Of a stretch of DNA of 48,397 bases, positions 14,289 to 25,120 are shown piece after piece (position 1 is the first letter of the stretch; each line of letters begins with the position of its first letter). This stretch comes from Deltaproteobacteria bacterium. Its GTDB lineage: Bacteria; Desulfobacterota; Binatia; UBA9968; JAJDTQ01. The translations under genes and the position numbers were made by a program. The notes under the pieces are model-generated. The model made no database searches. It was not told where the DNA came from and was given only the letters and a program-made list of their open reading frames with translations. Where the stretch lies: assembly GCA_028821115.1 (NCBI GenBank), contig JAPPHF010000013.1, positions 1 through 48,397 on the forward strand. Reading direction: 5' to 3'.

Positions 14289-14321
14289 GAAATTCGTCGG
14301 CCGGCGCGAGAGGCCGGGCAC

Positions 14322-14345
14322 GGGCGGGTTTGAAACCCGCCCCTA
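14322..14345. repeat. GTAG-type REP palindrome overlapping the DUF503 stop codon
   Basis: gggcgggttt-g-aaacccgccc-cta. Confidence 0.8.
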
Positions 14346-14630
14346 TTCGTGCAGGATGCGGATGTCCGACTCGCCGAGCTCGGCAAGCCCCAGCCGGTCC
14401 ACGAACTCGACCACCTGCCGAAGCGTGGCTTCGACGATCCTGGCGTTGCTGCCGACGACGCCGAACCCCAGCAGCGCACGCTGCCACAGTTCCTGGTCGC
14501 CGCACTCCGTTACCGAGATGTTGAACTTGTTGGAAACCCGGGCCTGGATCTTCCGCAGGACCGACCTCTTGCCCTTGAGGGAATGGTTCTCCGGCAGGAT
14601 CAACGCGATCTTGAGAACGCCGACCACCAT
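14343..14630 (-). CDS. DUF503 (YlxP-like) protein
   Basis: MVVGVL.I.L..PENHSLKGKRSV...KFNISV.E...Q.LWQRA; conserved position between infB and rbfA. Confidence 0.9.
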   Translation of the reverse strand: MVVGVLKIALILPENHSLKGKRSVLRKIQARVSNKFNISVTECGDQELWQRALLGFGVVGSNARIVEATLRQVVEFVDRLGLAELGESDIRILHE

Positions 14631-14693
14631 GACGCTGACGTCCTTCGACTTCGCGCCGCTTGCGCGGCGTTACGCTCAGGACGAACGGGAGGG

Positions 14694-17528
14694 CTACCGG
14701 TCCGCCGAGAGCTGGGCGCCCCCGCCGTCCACTCGCGCGGCTCCCCGCGCGATGGGGACCTTCTCGAATCCTTCGATGACGTCGCCTACCTTGACGTCCT
14801 GGTAGCCGTCGATGGCGATGCCGCACTCGTAGCCCGTTCCCACCTCGCGCACGTCGTCCTTGAACCGCTTCAGGCTCGAGAGCCGGCCCTCGTGCACCAC
14901 CACCTGGTCGCGCAGGAGGCGTATCATGCTCGACCGCATGATCTTGCCGTCGGTGACCGCACAACCCGCGATGGTGCCCACGCCGCGGATATTGAACACC
15001 TCCCGGACCTGGATGCGGGCGTGGAACTCCTCGCGGAAGACCGGTTCGAGGAGACCTTCCATGGCCGAGCGGATGTCGTCGATGACCTCGTAGATGATGG
15101 TGTAGAGGCGCACGTCCACGCCCTGCTGCACCGCGAGGTTCGTGGCCTTGGGCTCGGGCCGCACGTTGAAGCCGATGACGATGGCGTTGGAGGCGCTGGC
15201 CAGGAGCACGTCGCTCTCGGTGATGCCGCCCACGGAGCCGTGGATCACCCGGATCTTCACCTCGTCGGTGGAGAGCCGCGTCACCGCCTCGTTCAGGGCC
15301 TCCACGGAGCCGTGGACGTCGCCCTTCACCACGACCCGCAGCTCCTTGACCTCGTTGGCCTTGATCTGGTCGTAGAACTCCTCGAGGGACACCTTGCTGG
15401 TCTTGGCCAGCTCGGCCTCCCGCTGCTGCGTCTCCCGGTACTCGGCGAACTGCCTGGCGCTGGCCTCGTCGGTGAGCGCCGAGAAGCCCTCGCCGGCCTG
15501 CGGCACCCCCTGAAGGCCCAGTATCTCCACCGGTACGGACGGCGTCGCGCTGTCGACCTTGCGTCCCTGGTCGTCGATCATGGCCCGCACCTTGCCGTGA
15601 TGGGGCCCCGCGAAGATGGGATCGCCGACCTTCAGCGTCCCTTCCTGGACCAGCACGGTGGACACCGGACCGCGGCCCCGCTCCAGCTTGGCTTCGACGA
15701 CCGCGCCGCGGGCCAGCTTGTTGGGATTGGCCTTGAGCTCCAGCAGGTCCGCCTGAAGCAGCAGCATCTCCATCAGGCCGGGCAATCCCTCGTGGGTCAC
15801 CGCCGAAACCGGCACGAAGATCGTGTCGCCGCCCCACGCCTCGGGCACCAGGCCATGATCGGACAGGCCGCGCTGGACGCGTTCGGGGTCGGCGTCGGGA
15901 CGGTCGATCTTGTTCACGGCCACGATGATCGGAACCTCGGCCGCGCGGGCGTGATCCACCGCCTCGACGGTCTGCGGCATGACGCCGTCATCGGCGGCCA
16001 CCACCAGCACCACGATGTCGGTAACCTTGGCACCCCGCGCGCGCATGGCGGTAAAGGCTTCGTGTCCGGGCGTGTCGAGGAAGGTCACACCCCTGCCGTC
16101 GAGCCGTACGTGGTAGGCGCCGATGTGCTGGGTAATCCCGCCCGCCTCGGCGTCGGTCACGTTGGTGCTGCGGATGGCGTCCAGCAACGACGTCTTACCG
16201 TGGTCCACGTGGCCCATGATGGTGACCACCGGGGGCCTCGGCTCCCGCGCCTCCTCGGGATCGGTGACCTCGTGCTGGTCCTGGAGCGCGGTCTCGACGT
16301 CGAAGCCGACGTTCTCGACCTGGTAGTCGAACTCGTTGGCCACCAGGGTCGCGGTGTCGTAATCCAGCACCTGGTTGATGGTCGCCATCATGCCGAGGCC
16401 CATGAGCTTCTTGATGACCTCGCCGGCCTTGATGCCCATGTCCTTGGCCATGTCGCCCACGGTGATGGCCTCGTCCATGCGGATGACCCGCTTGCGGGCC
16501 GCGGGCACCGTGATCTCGGTCTTCTTCTGCTCCTTGCCGGGCAGGGCGCGCTTCTTCCGGAGCACACGGCCGCGCGGAGACCGGAACTCGCGCTCCTTGA
16601 GCTCGATGACTTCCTGCTTCCGGATGACCCGTTTCTTGCCCTTGGCGCCCTTGCCGGCCTTGTCCTGTCCGTCGGCTTCCGCCGGCTGCTGCCCGTCGCG
16701 CGCCGTCGCCGGAGCCGCCGTCTTGGAGGGCGCGGACTTTGCCGGCGCCGGTGTCGCCTTCCGGCTCAAGTCGATGCGGCCGAGGATCCGCGGCCCGGTG
16801 ACGGCGGGTTGCCCCGGCGTTGCCTCGGCGTCCTCTTCCGCGGGGGCGGCTGCACCGTTGGCGCCGCTGGCGGCCGCCTCCGGCTCGAGCTCCTCTACCG
16901 AAGCCGGCGAAGCCGGCTCCTCCGCTCCAGCCTCCTGTCCGGTTTCCGCCTGAACCTCCACGGCGCCCGGAGCTTCGGTCTCGGCCGGCTCCTCCGTGTC
17001 GCCGGCGGCGGGCGAAGCGTCGACCTGCTCGGCGGCGGGCGCCTCGACCTCGATTTCCGCGGGCGCGGCTTCCTCGGGAGCTGCCTCGGACGGGGCGGCT
17101 TCCGCAGACGCGGCCTCGACGGCCGCCTCCGCGGCTTCCTCGGCCGCGGCTTCCTCGGCCTCCGCTTCCGGCTCCTCCCGTTCCACCGGATGAATGGGCT
17201 TGCGAGTGACCAGCTCGACCGTGCTTCTGCGGCGCCGGATGACGTTGGCGCGGACGCGGCGCTCGACCACCTTCTCGTGCGCCTGCACCTCGCCCATGTC
17301 CTGGTCCTCGGCCGTGATCGTGCGATCGACGACGACGCGTTCCTCGCCAACGGTGACCTTCGGCTTCTCCATGGCGGCGAGGGCCGCCTTGACCGCCTCG
17401 ACTTCCGACTCCTCGAGGGAGCTCTGAGGCTTCTTGCCGCGGATCCGGATCTTTTCGAGTTGGGCGATGAGATCCTTCGGCTCGATCTCGAGCTGCTTGG
17501 CCAGTTGGTGCACTCTCACTTTGCTCAT
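14694..17528 (-). CDS. infB: Translation initiation factor IF-2
   Basis: [12 protein letters not shown]-domain; [24 protein letters not shown] GTPase motifs. Confidence 0.98.
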   Translation of the reverse strand: MSKVRVHQLAKQLEIEPKDLIAQLEKIRIRGKKPQSSLEESEVEAVKAALAAMEKPKVTVGEERVVVDRTITAEDQDMGEVQAHEKVVERRVRANVIRRRRSTVELVTRKPIHPVEREEPEAEAEEAAAEEAAEAAVEAASAEAAPSEAAPEEAAPAEIEVEAPAAEQVDASPAAGDTEEPAETEAPGAVEVQAETGQEAGAEEPASPASVEELEPEAAASGANGAAAPAEEDAEATPGQPAVTGPRILGRIDLSRKATPAPAKSAPSKTAAPATARDGQQPAEADGQDKAGKGAKGKKRVIRKQEVIELKEREFRSPRGRVLRKKRALPGKEQKKTEITVPAARKRVIRMDEAITVGDMAKDMGIKAGEVIKKLMGLGMMATINQVLDYDTATLVANEFDYQVENVGFDVETALQDQHEVTDPEEAREPRPPVVTIMGHVDHGKTSLLDAIRSTNVTDAEAGGITQHIGAYHVRLDGRGVTFLDTPGHEAFTAMRARGAKVTDIVVLVVAADDGVMPQTVEAVDHARAAEVPIIVAVNKIDRPDADPERVQRGLSDHGLVPEAWGGDTIFVPVSAVTHEGLPGLMEMLLLQADLLELKANPNKLARGAVVEAKLERGRGPVSTVLVQEGTLKVGDPIFAGPHHGKVRAMIDDQGRKVDSATPSVPVEILGLQGVPQAGEGFSALTDEASARQFAEYRETQQREAELAKTSKVSLEEFYDQIKANEVKELRVVVKGDVHGSVEALNEAVTRLSTDEVKIRVIHGSVGGITESDVLLASASNAIVIGFNVRPEPKATNLAVQQGVDVRLYTIIYEVIDDIRSAMEGLLEPVFREEFHARIQVREVFNIRGVGTIAGCAVTDGKIMRSSMIRLLRDQVVVHEGRLSSLKRFKDDVREVGTGYECGIAIDGYQDVKVGDVIEGFEKVPIARGAARVDGGGAQLSADR

Positions 17529-17788
17529 TTCCCACTCCGTTGGGCTCGAAGCCTTCCCAGCAGTTCCTCCCGATCCTTACGGGGCAGATCGCGACGGAAC
17601 GCGCGATAGACGCTCTTCCGTTTCAGGAAAGCTCGCCAACAATCCTCGCTGTTATGCAGGTAGCCTCCTCGTCCCCTGAAATCTTCCGGTTGCAGGCCGT
17701 CCTCCGTCACCGTGATCCGCCGCAAGACAGCCTTGTCGTCGCGCTGACCGCAACCCAGGCAGGTCCGTACCGGCGAACGGGCGCTCAT
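17525..17788 (-). CDS. ylxR: YlxR/DUF448 RNA-binding protein
   Basis: P.RTCLGC...K..L.R...GRGGYLH...C; lies between nusA and infB. Confidence 0.88.
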   Translation of the reverse strand: MSARSPVRTCLGCGQRDDKAVLRRITVTEDGLQPEDFRGRGGYLHNSEDCWRAFLKRKSVYRAFRRDLPRKDREELLGRLRAQRSGK

Positions 17789-17803
17789 TCCCGGCGTGCC
17801 GCT

Positions 17804-19300
17804 TCAAGCCCCCTGCCGGGAGCTCGACTCCGCCTCCTCTTCATCCGAGGCCGCGGCCGGCTCCTCCACGGCTTCCGTCGCCGCGGCTTCTTCCGCCGTC
17901 TCCAGGGATTCGCCTTCCGCCGCCGTGGTTTCGCCCGCCGTGTCCACGGGATCGCCTTCCGTCTCGTCGGATTCGCCTACCGTCTCCTCCGCCCCGCCGG
18001 CCTCCGCCGCCTCCTCCTCCGCCCGCGCGGCCTCTTCCGCCTCCCGGGCCGCCCGCTCGCGCTCTTCCTCCACGTGCTGCGCGGCCGCCTCCAGGATCAC
18101 CGAGGCCTTCTCCAGCTCGATGCCGGTGATCTCGTTGATGGTGGCCGGCTCGGCCTCCGACAGGTCCTCGGCGGACTTGAACCCCGACTGGTAGAGCAGC
18201 TCCGCCATCACCTCGCTCACGCCCGGGATCGCGGACAGCGATTGCCTTGCCAGCCGGCTCTCCTCGTCCGCCTCCGACTCGCTGCGGGCGTCGATGCCCC
18301 AGCCGGTGAGCCGGGACGCCAGCCGGACGTTCTGACCCTTGCGGCCGATGGCGAGCGAAAGCTGCTCGTCGGGAACGATGACCTCCATGCTGTGAGCGTC
18401 CTCGTCCAGCAGGATCTTGGTAACCTTGGCCGGGGCCAGCGCCCGGCAGACATACTCGGCCTGCTCGGGGATCCAGTGGACGATGTCGATCTTCTCTCCC
18501 CGCAGCTCCTGCACCACCGATTGGACCCGGGTGCCCTTCATACCCACGCAGGCGCCCACCGGATCCACGTCGGGGTCGTTGGAGGTCACGGCGATCTTCG
18601 CCCGGCCGCCCGGCTCGCGGGCCGCTCCCTTGACCTCGACGATGCCTTCGTAGATCTCCGGAACCTCCTGCTCGAACAGCTTGATCAGCATGCCGGGGTG
18701 GGTGCGCGAAAGAACGATCTGCGGGCCGCGGCTGGTCATCTCGACGCTGACGATGTAGGCGCGGATGCGGTCTCCCTGCCGGTAGCGTTCCCGCGGCACC
18801 TGCTCCTTCTCCGGCAGGATCGCGTTGGTCCTGCCGAGGTTCACGATGATGTTGTTCTTCTCGAAACGCTGCACGATGCCGTGCACCAGCTCGCCCTGGC
18901 GGTCCTTGAACTCGTTGAAGATGATCTCGCGCTCGACGTCCCGCACCCGCTGCACGATGTTCTGCTTAGCCGCCTGGGCGGCGATGCGGCCGAACACCGT
19001 GGCGTCGATTTTCATCAGCAGCTCGTCGCCCAGCTCCACGTCCGGATCCAGCGTCTCGCGGGCCTCGTCGAGATCGATCTCAAGGTCGGGGTCGGCGACG
19101 TCGTCCACCACCACCTTGGCCTCAAAAATCTCGACCTCCCCGATATCGGGGTTGTACTGAGCCTCGAAGGTCCGCTCCGCTCCGAACGTCTTCTTGGCCG
19201 CCGACACCATGGCCGACTCGATGGCTTCGACGAGGATCTCCTTGTCGATGCCCTTTTCCTTCGTCACCTGCTCGATGACTCGAACCAGATCCTGCTGCAT
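17804..19300 (-). CDS. nusA: Transcription factor NusA
   Basis: FGRIAAQAAKQ, AREPGGRAKIAV, DPVGACVGMKG, SLAIGRKGQNVRLAS. Confidence 0.98.
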   Translation of the reverse strand: MQQDLVRVIEQVTKEKGIDKEILVEAIESAMVSAAKKTFGAERTFEAQYNPDIGEVEIFEAKVVVDDVADPDLEIDLDEARETLDPDVELGDELLMKIDATVFGRIAAQAAKQNIVQRVRDVEREIIFNEFKDRQGELVHGIVQRFEKNNIIVNLGRTNAILPEKEQVPRERYRQGDRIRAYIVSVEMTSRGPQIVLSRTHPGMLIKLFEQEVPEIYEGIVEVKGAAREPGGRAKIAVTSNDPDVDPVGACVGMKGTRVQSVVQELRGEKIDIVHWIPEQAEYVCRALAPAKVTKILLDEDAHSMEVIVPDEQLSLAIGRKGQNVRLASRLTGWGIDARSESEADEESRLARQSLSAIPGVSEVMAELLYQSGFKSAEDLSEAEPATINEITGIELEKASVILEAAAQHVEEERERAAREAEEAARAEEEAAEAGGAEETVGESDETEGDPVDTAGETTAAEGESLETAEEAAATEAVEEPAAASDEEEAESSSRQGA

Positions 19301-19328
19301 CTCTATCCCCTAACCACGCTTTACCGGA

Positions 19329-19823
19329 TCACCTTGATGACGCCCAGTCGTACTCGACGTTGGCCCTCACGATAAGGCCGAACGGGATAAACACCTCGCG
19401 CCCGTCCTGCAGCAACACGACACCGCCGGCGGCGGCGTCGTGCAGCGGTCCGAGAAAATTTCTGCGGCCGCCGATCATCTCGCCGGTATGGACCCGGACC
19501 CTCTGCCCGACGCACCGGGCGAAATGCTCCGGTTTCCTGAGCGGCCGGTTGATGCCGGGCGAAGAGACCTCCAGGGTGTAGGAACCTTCCACCACGTCAT
19601 AGACGTCGAGGATATCGCTCAGCTCCCTGCTGACCCGGCTCAACTCGTCCACGCCGGGCGCCTCGTCTTCGTGCCGCTTCTCGAGTAGGTCCAGGTAGAC
19701 GCGCAGCACGCGGCCCGATCTCCCCTCGTGCCGAAGCTCGATATCCACCACCTCCAATCCCTCACCCGCGGCCAGCGGATCCACCAACTCCCAGAGACGG
19801 TCCAGCGTCTCGCTTCTCGCCAT
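19329..19823 (-). CDS. rimP: Ribosome maturation factor RimP
   Basis: YTLEVSSPGINRPL; GAGG upstream of ATG 19823; first gene of the nusA operon. Confidence 0.95.
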   Translation of the reverse strand: MARSETLDRLWELVDPLAAGEGLEVVDIELRHEGRSGRVLRVYLDLLEKRHEDEAPGVDELSRVSRELSDILDVYDVVEGSYTLEVSSPGINRPLRKPEHFARCVGQRVRVHTGEMIGGRRNFLGPLHDAAAGGVVLLQDGREVFIPFGLIVRANVEYDWASSR

Positions 19824-19833
19824 CGGCACCTCA

Positions 19834-19860
19834 AATAAAAAAGCGGGCAAGGCGCCCACT
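19834..19860 (-). promoter_or_regulatory. rimP leader hairpin (terminator-like)
   Basis: Minus strand AGTGGGC-GCCTT-GCCCGCT-TTTTTATT directly upstream of the rimP RBS, matching the known rimP-leader pattern. Confidence 0.75.
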
Positions 19861-19936
19861 GATGCCTATTCTTTTACAACAATGACGCGCCCCAATGCAA
19901 ACCAGGAGTTCCCGAGGGCCCCTTCGCGGAGGCCCC

Positions 19937-19959
19937 GGGCGGGTTTGAAACCCGCCCCC
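19937..19959. repeat. GTAG-family REP palindrome lacking an intact GTAG
   Basis: gggcgggttt-g-aaacccgccc-cc. Confidence 0.7.
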
Positions 19960-19992
19960 GCACGGGCTATCATCCCGTGTCTGAAGCCACCC

Positions 19993-21114
19993 ATGTTGAA
20001 GCCTCGGCCCATGCCCACCGCAACGCACCCAAGCGACGTTTCGGCGGCGGTTTCCTGGCAGGACGTCCTCACCAGCCTGGAAGACGCCGTCATGGTGGTG
20101 GACCTGTCACGTACCCTCTCTTTCGTGAACCAGGCCGCGGAAACCCTCACCGGACTTTCCGCGCGCAAGCTGCTGGCGAGGGCTTCCGACGACCTCTTCG
20201 GCGCCAACCGGTGGCTGCTGGACATGATCGACAACAGCCTCGGCCCCAACGAGAGCACCAGCCGGGCGGAGAACGAGTTCGTCAAGCCGCGGGGAAAGAA
20301 CGTACCCGTGAGCGCCCTGGTGTCGCCCCTCCGGGATCAGGACGGCCGGCTCGCCGGCAGCGTGCTGCTCCTCCGCGACCGGACCCTGAGGCAGGCCATG
20401 GAGGAAGACCTGCGGCGCTCGGACCGGCTGGCCCTGCTGGGCAAGCTGGCGGCGGGCTTGGCGCACGAGATCAAGAACCCCCTCGGGGGGATCAAGGGAG
20501 CGGCCCAACTGATTCGCGCCGAGGTGGCGCACGACGCCTCGCTGCTGGAAAACACCGACATCATGATCCGGGAGGTGGACCGGGTGAATCAGCTCCTGGA
20601 CCAGCTCCTGGACCTGGCGCGTCCCGCCGGACTCCAGGTGGAGCCGCTGAACGTCCACGAGCTCCTGGAGCACGTCCTCAGGCTGGAGGTCCACGCGGCG
20701 ACCGCCGCCAAGGTCCGCGTCCAACGTTTCTTCGACCCCAGCCTGCCGATGATCATCGGAGACCGAAGCCGGCTGATACAGGTGTTCCTGAACCTGGTGG
20801 AGAACGCGCTCCAGGCCAAGCCCACCCGTGTCGCCGTCACCACGCGCATCGAGACGGACTTCTTTCTCCGCACCGGGCAGTCCAGCGCCACCAAGTTTGT
20901 CAGCGTGGACTTCCGGGACGACGGTTCGGGCATCGACGAGGACGACCTGCCCGACATCTTCTCGCCTTTCTTCACCAGAAAGCGCCGCGGCACCGGCCTC
21001 GGGCTGGCCATCTGCGACCGCACCATCAAGGAGCACGGCGGCCGCCTGGGAGTGGAAAGCCGACTGGGAGAAGGATCGGTGTTCAGGGTGTCGCTGCCCG
21101 CTCAACCCGACTAG
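19993..21114 (+). CDS. ntrB: NtrB-type PAS sensor histidine kinase (start 19993 or 20011)
   Basis: PAS domain; H-box AHEIKNPLGGIKGAAQL; FDPSLP; NLVENA; GTGLGLAI. Confidence 0.88.
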   Translation: MLKPRPMPTATHPSDVSAAVSWQDVLTSLEDAVMVVDLSRTLSFVNQAAETLTGLSARKLLARASDDLFGANRWLLDMIDNSLGPNESTSRAENEFVKPRGKNVPVSALVSPLRDQDGRLAGSVLLLRDRTLRQAMEEDLRRSDRLALLGKLAAGLAHEIKNPLGGIKGAAQLIRAEVAHDASLLENTDIMIREVDRVNQLLDQLLDLARPAGLQVEPLNVHELLEHVLRLEVHAATAAKVRVQRFFDPSLPMIIGDRSRLIQVFLNLVENALQAKPTRVAVTTRIETDFFLRTGQSSATKFVSVDFRDDGSGIDEDDLPDIFSPFFTRKRRGTGLGLAICDRTIKEHGGRLGVESRLGEGSVFRVSLPAQPD

Positions 21115-21119
21115 TTGCC

Positions 21120-22592
21120 ATGGAACAGGGCCGTATCCTGCTGGTGGAAGACGACGAGTCCCTGAGCCGCGTGCTCAGGAAGGCGCTGGAGGGCCAGGGA
21201 TACTGGGTTGCGTCCACCGGAACGGGAGCCGAGGCTCGAAAACTGATGGAGGAGGCCGCGACCACCGCCACCACCTGGCCGCGCCTCGGGTTCGACGCCG
21301 TGGTGCTGGACATCGGGCTGCCGGATATCGAGGGGCTCGCGCTCCTGGACTTCGCCAAGGAATCCGGCCTGCAAATGCCGTTCATCGTCATGACCGCGCA
21401 GAACACCATGCGCAACGCCATCGACGCCATGAAGGCCGGCGCCTTCGATTACCTTACGAAGCCGTTCGACCTCGACGTCCTGATGGTGGTGGTGGAACGG
21501 GCGCTGGACCGACGCCAACTGACCCGGGAGCTCAGCGATCTCAAGAAGGAGGTCAAGAAACAGTACGAGCCCGGCGTCAACATGATCGGCACCAGCGCGG
21601 CCATGCAGCAGGTCTTCAAGACCATCGGACAGGTGGCCGGCACCGACACCACGATCCTGATCCACGGGGAGAGCGGCACCGGCAAGGAACTGGTGGCGAA
21701 GACGATCCACTACAATTCGCCACGCTGGGACAAACCCTTCGTGCCCGTGAACTGCGCGGCGATTCCCAGGGACCTGCTAGAATCCGAGCTGTTCGGCCAC
21801 GAGAAGGGGGCTTTCACCGGGGCGTTGGAACGGCATCTCGGGACCTTCGAGCTGGCCCAGGGAGGAACGCTTTTCCTCGACGAGATCGGCGAGCTTCCGC
21901 TCGAACTTCAGACCAAGCTGCTGCGGGTGCTGCAGGACGGCTCGTACCGGCGGGTGGGCGGAAAGGACATGCTCCAGTCCGACGCCCGGCTGCTGGCGGC
22001 CACCAACCAGGACCTGGAAAAAGCGGTGCACGAGAACCGTTTCCGGGACGATCTCTACTTCCGCCTGAACGTCATACCGCTCCACATCCCGCCCTTGCGG
22101 GAGCGGAGCACCGATCTCCCTTCCCTGGTGGACTTCTTCATCGCCAAGGTCAACAGCGACATGGGTACGCAGGTGTCGGGGGTTTCGCCGGACGCGTTGA
22201 AGGAGCTCCAGCAATACGACTGGCCGGGCAACGTGCGCGAGTTGGAGAACGTCATCATCCGCGCGGCGGTGCTGTCGCCGGGACCGATCCTGTCGTCGAG
22301 GGACTTCGCCCTGTCGAGTGCGCCCGAACCCGCGTCCAATGACTACGACAGCCTGTCGCTGGAGGAGATCATCCGCGGCAAGCTCGCGGACTACTTCCGG
22401 CGCACCCGAGGCGTCCAGGTGGAGAACCTCTACTCCGTGGTCATGGCCCGGGTGGAGCGGCCCCTCATCGAGCTGACCCTGCAAGCTACCCGGGGCAACC
22501 AGATACGCGCCGCCCAGCTCCTCGGCATCAACCGCAATACCCTGCGGAAAAAGATCACGGACCTCAAGATCACCGTGAAGCGGGAGCCATGA
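21120..22592 (+). CDS. ntrC: NtrC-type sigma54-dependent response regulator
   Basis: Receiver domain; [24 protein letters not shown]; Fis [23 protein letters not shown]. Confidence 0.9.
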   Translation: MEQGRILLVEDDESLSRVLRKALEGQGYWVASTGTGAEARKLMEEAATTATTWPRLGFDAVVLDIGLPDIEGLALLDFAKESGLQMPFIVMTAQNTMRNAIDAMKAGAFDYLTKPFDLDVLMVVVERALDRRQLTRELSDLKKEVKKQYEPGVNMIGTSAAMQQVFKTIGQVAGTDTTILIHGESGTGKELVAKTIHYNSPRWDKPFVPVNCAAIPRDLLESELFGHEKGAFTGALERHLGTFELAQGGTLFLDEIGELPLELQTKLLRVLQDGSYRRVGGKDMLQSDARLLAATNQDLEKAVHENRFRDDLYFRLNVIPLHIPPLRERSTDLPSLVDFFIAKVNSDMGTQVSGVSPDALKELQQYDWPGNVRELENVIIRAAVLSPGPILSSRDFALSSAPEPASNDYDSLSLEEIIRGKLADYFRRTRGVQVENLYSVVMARVERPLIELTLQATRGNQIRAAQLLGINRNTLRKKITDLKITVKREP

Positions 22593-23206
22593 GCGTTCTT
22601 CCGTCGCGACTCTACGCCATCCTGGACCCCGACCAGACCGGGGACCGTCCGTTGGCGCCGGTCCTCGACGCCATGCTGGCGGGGGGCGTCTCGGTGCTCC
22701 AGTTGAGGGTGAAGGAACGGCCGGCGGACGAGTTCCTGCGGCTGGCCCTGACCGTTCGCGAACGCACCTCCCGCGCGGGCTGCCTCTTCATCGTCAACGA
22801 CCGGGTGGACATCGCCCTTGCCGCCGGCGCCGACGGCGTGCACCTGGGACAGGAAGACCTGCCGCTGGAAGCGGCGCGGCCGCTGGTGGGGGAAAAGCTC
22901 ATCGGCGTCTCGACCCACAGCGTGGAGCAGGCCGAGGGGGCGGAACGGGGCGGCGCCGACTACATCGGCTTCGGGCCCATGTTCCCCACCCGCACCAAGG
23001 AAACCGGCTACGAGACCCGCGGCCTCTCGATGCTGGCGTCGGTGCGGCGGCGGGTGAGCTTGCCCATCGTCGCCATCGGCGGCATCACCGCGGAAAACGT
23101 CGCGCAGACGTGGAGCAGCGGCGCGGATGCCGCGGCCATGATCAGCTACCTCACCCGTGGCGGCGACGTCGCCGCGCGCGTGAAGGAGATTCTGACGCTC
23201 GGCTAG
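22589..23206 (+). CDS. thiE: Thiamine-phosphate synthase
   Basis: QLRVK, IVNDRVD, GVHLGQED, GVSTH, PTRTK, AIGGI. Confidence 0.95.
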   Translation: MSVLPSRLYAILDPDQTGDRPLAPVLDAMLAGGVSVLQLRVKERPADEFLRLALTVRERTSRAGCLFIVNDRVDIALAAGADGVHLGQEDLPLEAARPLVGEKLIGVSTHSVEQAEGAERGGADYIGFGPMFPTRTKETGYETRGLSMLASVRRRVSLPIVAIGGITAENVAQTWSSGADAAAMISYLTRGGDVAARVKEILTLG

Positions 23207-24573
23207 GACTGTTCGGCGTCCGAATAGCCTTCGTCCTCGCGCCCGGAGTAGTCCTCGAAGCGAGTGTACTCCTTCAGGAAAGTCAACCTGAGGGTGTCCA
23301 CCGGACCGTTGCGCTGCTTGGCGATGATGATCTCGGCGAGGCCGGGGTTCTTGGTGGCGTCGTAGGCCTCGTCGCGGTAGACGAACATGATCACGTCGGC
23401 GTCCTGCTCGATGGCGCCGGACTCCCTGAGGTCCGCCATCACGGGATGCTTGTCGCCGCGTTCCTCCACCCGCCGGTTGAGCTGCGACAGCGCCACCACC
23501 GGGACCTGCAGCTCCTTGGCCAGGGCCTTGAGGGAGCGCGAGATCTCGGAGATCTCCTGCTCGCGGTTGGGCGAGTCGCGGTGTGCGCGCATGAGCTGCA
23601 GGTAATCGATGACCACCAGGCCGATCTTGCGGCTGCGGTCGCGCACCAGCCGCCGGGTCTTGGCGCGAACCTCCAGCACCGTCACCGCCGGGGTATCGTC
23701 GATGTAGACCGGCGCGTCTCCCAGCCGCCCGGCCGCCTTGACCAGCGCGGGGAACTCGGTGTCCCTGAGGTAACCGGTGCGGAGCCTCGAGTGATCCACC
23801 CGCGCTTCGGAGCAGAGCATCCGGAGAACGAGCTGTTCCATGGCCATCTCGAGGGAGAAGACGGCCACGCCGATTCCCCGGAACGCCGCGTTCACGGCGA
23901 TGTTGAGGGCGAACGCGGTCTTCCCCATGCCCGGCCGCCCGGCGACGATGAGCAGGTCCGAGGGCTGGAAACCCGCGGTCAACCGGTCGAGGTCGCGATA
24001 GCCCGTGGCCACGCCGGTGACCATCTCCTTGCGCTGGTAGAGCTCGTCGACCTTCTTGATGGTCTCGGTCATGACGTCGCCGACCCGGACGAAGGACGAG
24101 CTGATGCGCTTTTCCGCAATGTCGAAGATGGCCTGCTCCGCGTCGTCGAGGAAGTCGTCGACGTCGCCGCGTTCCTCCAGGCCGCGGGAGGCGATGTCGG
24201 TGGACGCGCGGATCAGGTGGCGGAGGATCGCCTTCTCCCGCACGATGCGCGCGTAGTAGGCGATGTTGGCGGCGGTGGGGACCTGGCCCGCGAGCTCCGC
24301 GAGATAGGCGGATCCGCCCACCGCTTCGAGGTCGCCGTTGGCCTTCAGTTGGTCGCTCAGGGTGATGAGATCCACCGGCTCGCTACGGTCCCATAGATCC
24401 ACCATGGCGCGGAAAATCTTGCGGTGCGACTCCCGGTAGAGATCCTCGGCGTTGACCAGCTCCAGCACCGTGTTGATGGCCTCGTTCTCGAGCAGCACGC
24501 CGCCGAGAATGGAAGCCTCGGCCTCCAGGTTCTGGGGTGGAAGCCGGTGGAGGCTTTCCGTCACGTCGGCCAT
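23203..24573 (-). CDS. dnaB: Replicative DNA helicase
   Basis: PPQNLEAEASILG, GRPGMGKT, IDYLQL, DLRESGAIEQDAD, KQRNGP; no intein. Confidence 0.98.
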   Translation of the reverse strand: MADVTESLHRLPPQNLEAEASILGGVLLENEAINTVLELVNAEDLYRESHRKIFRAMVDLWDRSEPVDLITLSDQLKANGDLEAVGGSAYLAELAGQVPTAANIAYYARIVREKAILRHLIRASTDIASRGLEERGDVDDFLDDAEQAIFDIAEKRISSSFVRVGDVMTETIKKVDELYQRKEMVTGVATGYRDLDRLTAGFQPSDLLIVAGRPGMGKTAFALNIAVNAAFRGIGVAVFSLEMAMEQLVLRMLCSEARVDHSRLRTGYLRDTEFPALVKAAGRLGDAPVYIDDTPAVTVLEVRAKTRRLVRDRSRKIGLVVIDYLQLMRAHRDSPNREQEISEISRSLKALAKELQVPVVALSQLNRRVEERGDKHPVMADLRESGAIEQDADVIMFVYRDEAYDATKNPGLAEIIIAKQRNGPVDTLRLTFLKEYTRFEDYSGREDEGYSDAEQS

Positions 24574-24576
24574 GGG

Positions 24577-24966
24577 TCACCCTCCGCCGGGATCTTGCCC
24601 AGAGTCCCCGGGCGCCGTTCCGTGTTCCGCGGTCACCACCGTGTGGATGCCGCCTCGGACGTTGAAGTCGCCGGTGACGCTCATGTACTTGGGCGAACAG
24701 GCCGCCACCAGGTCGTCGAGGATGCGGTTGACCACGTCTTCGTGAAAGGCCCCCTCTTCCCGGAACGACCACAGATAGAGCTTGAGCGACAGCAGCTCGA
24801 TGCAGCGCGGACCGGGAACGTAGCGGATGCGAATAGTGGCGAAGTCCGGCTGCCCGGTCTTGGGGCACACGCAGGTGAACTCCGGACACTCCATGGCCAC
24901 CTCGTAGTCCCGGTCCTCACGCGGGTTGGGTATGGTTTCTATCTGCTTGCTGGGTTGCGTTGGCAC
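24577..24966 (-). CDS. queF: preQ0 reductase QueF, type I, with a variant QueF motif
   Basis: [23 protein letters not shown]; motif reads ELLSLKLY. Confidence 0.88.
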   Translation of the reverse strand: MPTQPSKQIETIPNPREDRDYEVAMECPEFTCVCPKTGQPDFATIRIRYVPGPRCIELLSLKLYLWSFREEGAFHEDVVNRILDDLVAACSPKYMSVTGDFNVRGGIHTVVTAEHGTAPGDSGQDPGGG

Positions 24967-25040
24967 AGTGCCCGCCTTTCATCCGCGGCGTGTCGACCGG
25001 TTCTCGGCGCGGACACTCAGGTCCCGCTCGATCCGGACGC

Positions 25041-25065
25041 GGGCGGGTTCAGAACCCGCCCCTAC
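25041..25065. repeat. GTAG-type REP palindrome
   Basis: gggcgggttc-a-gaacccgccc-ctac. Confidence 0.8.
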
Positions 25066-25120
25066 ATCCGTTCCACCCTCCGCCTTGACTTGGCCCCGCC
25101 CGGACGCAAGACTCACGCCC

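Noticed and set aside
14349-17609. Long antisense ORFs (also 10450-12546, 17540-19375, 25438-28428)
   Set aside because: Shadow frames of GC-rich genes on the opposite strand, with no recognisable motifs
19977-21119. 871-aa NtrC fusion
   Set aside because: The upstream part is an alternative frame of ntrB; the receiver domain starts at ATG 21120
24967-25040. preQ1 riboswitch upstream of queF
   Set aside because: No preQ1-like stem-loop with an A-rich tail is visible
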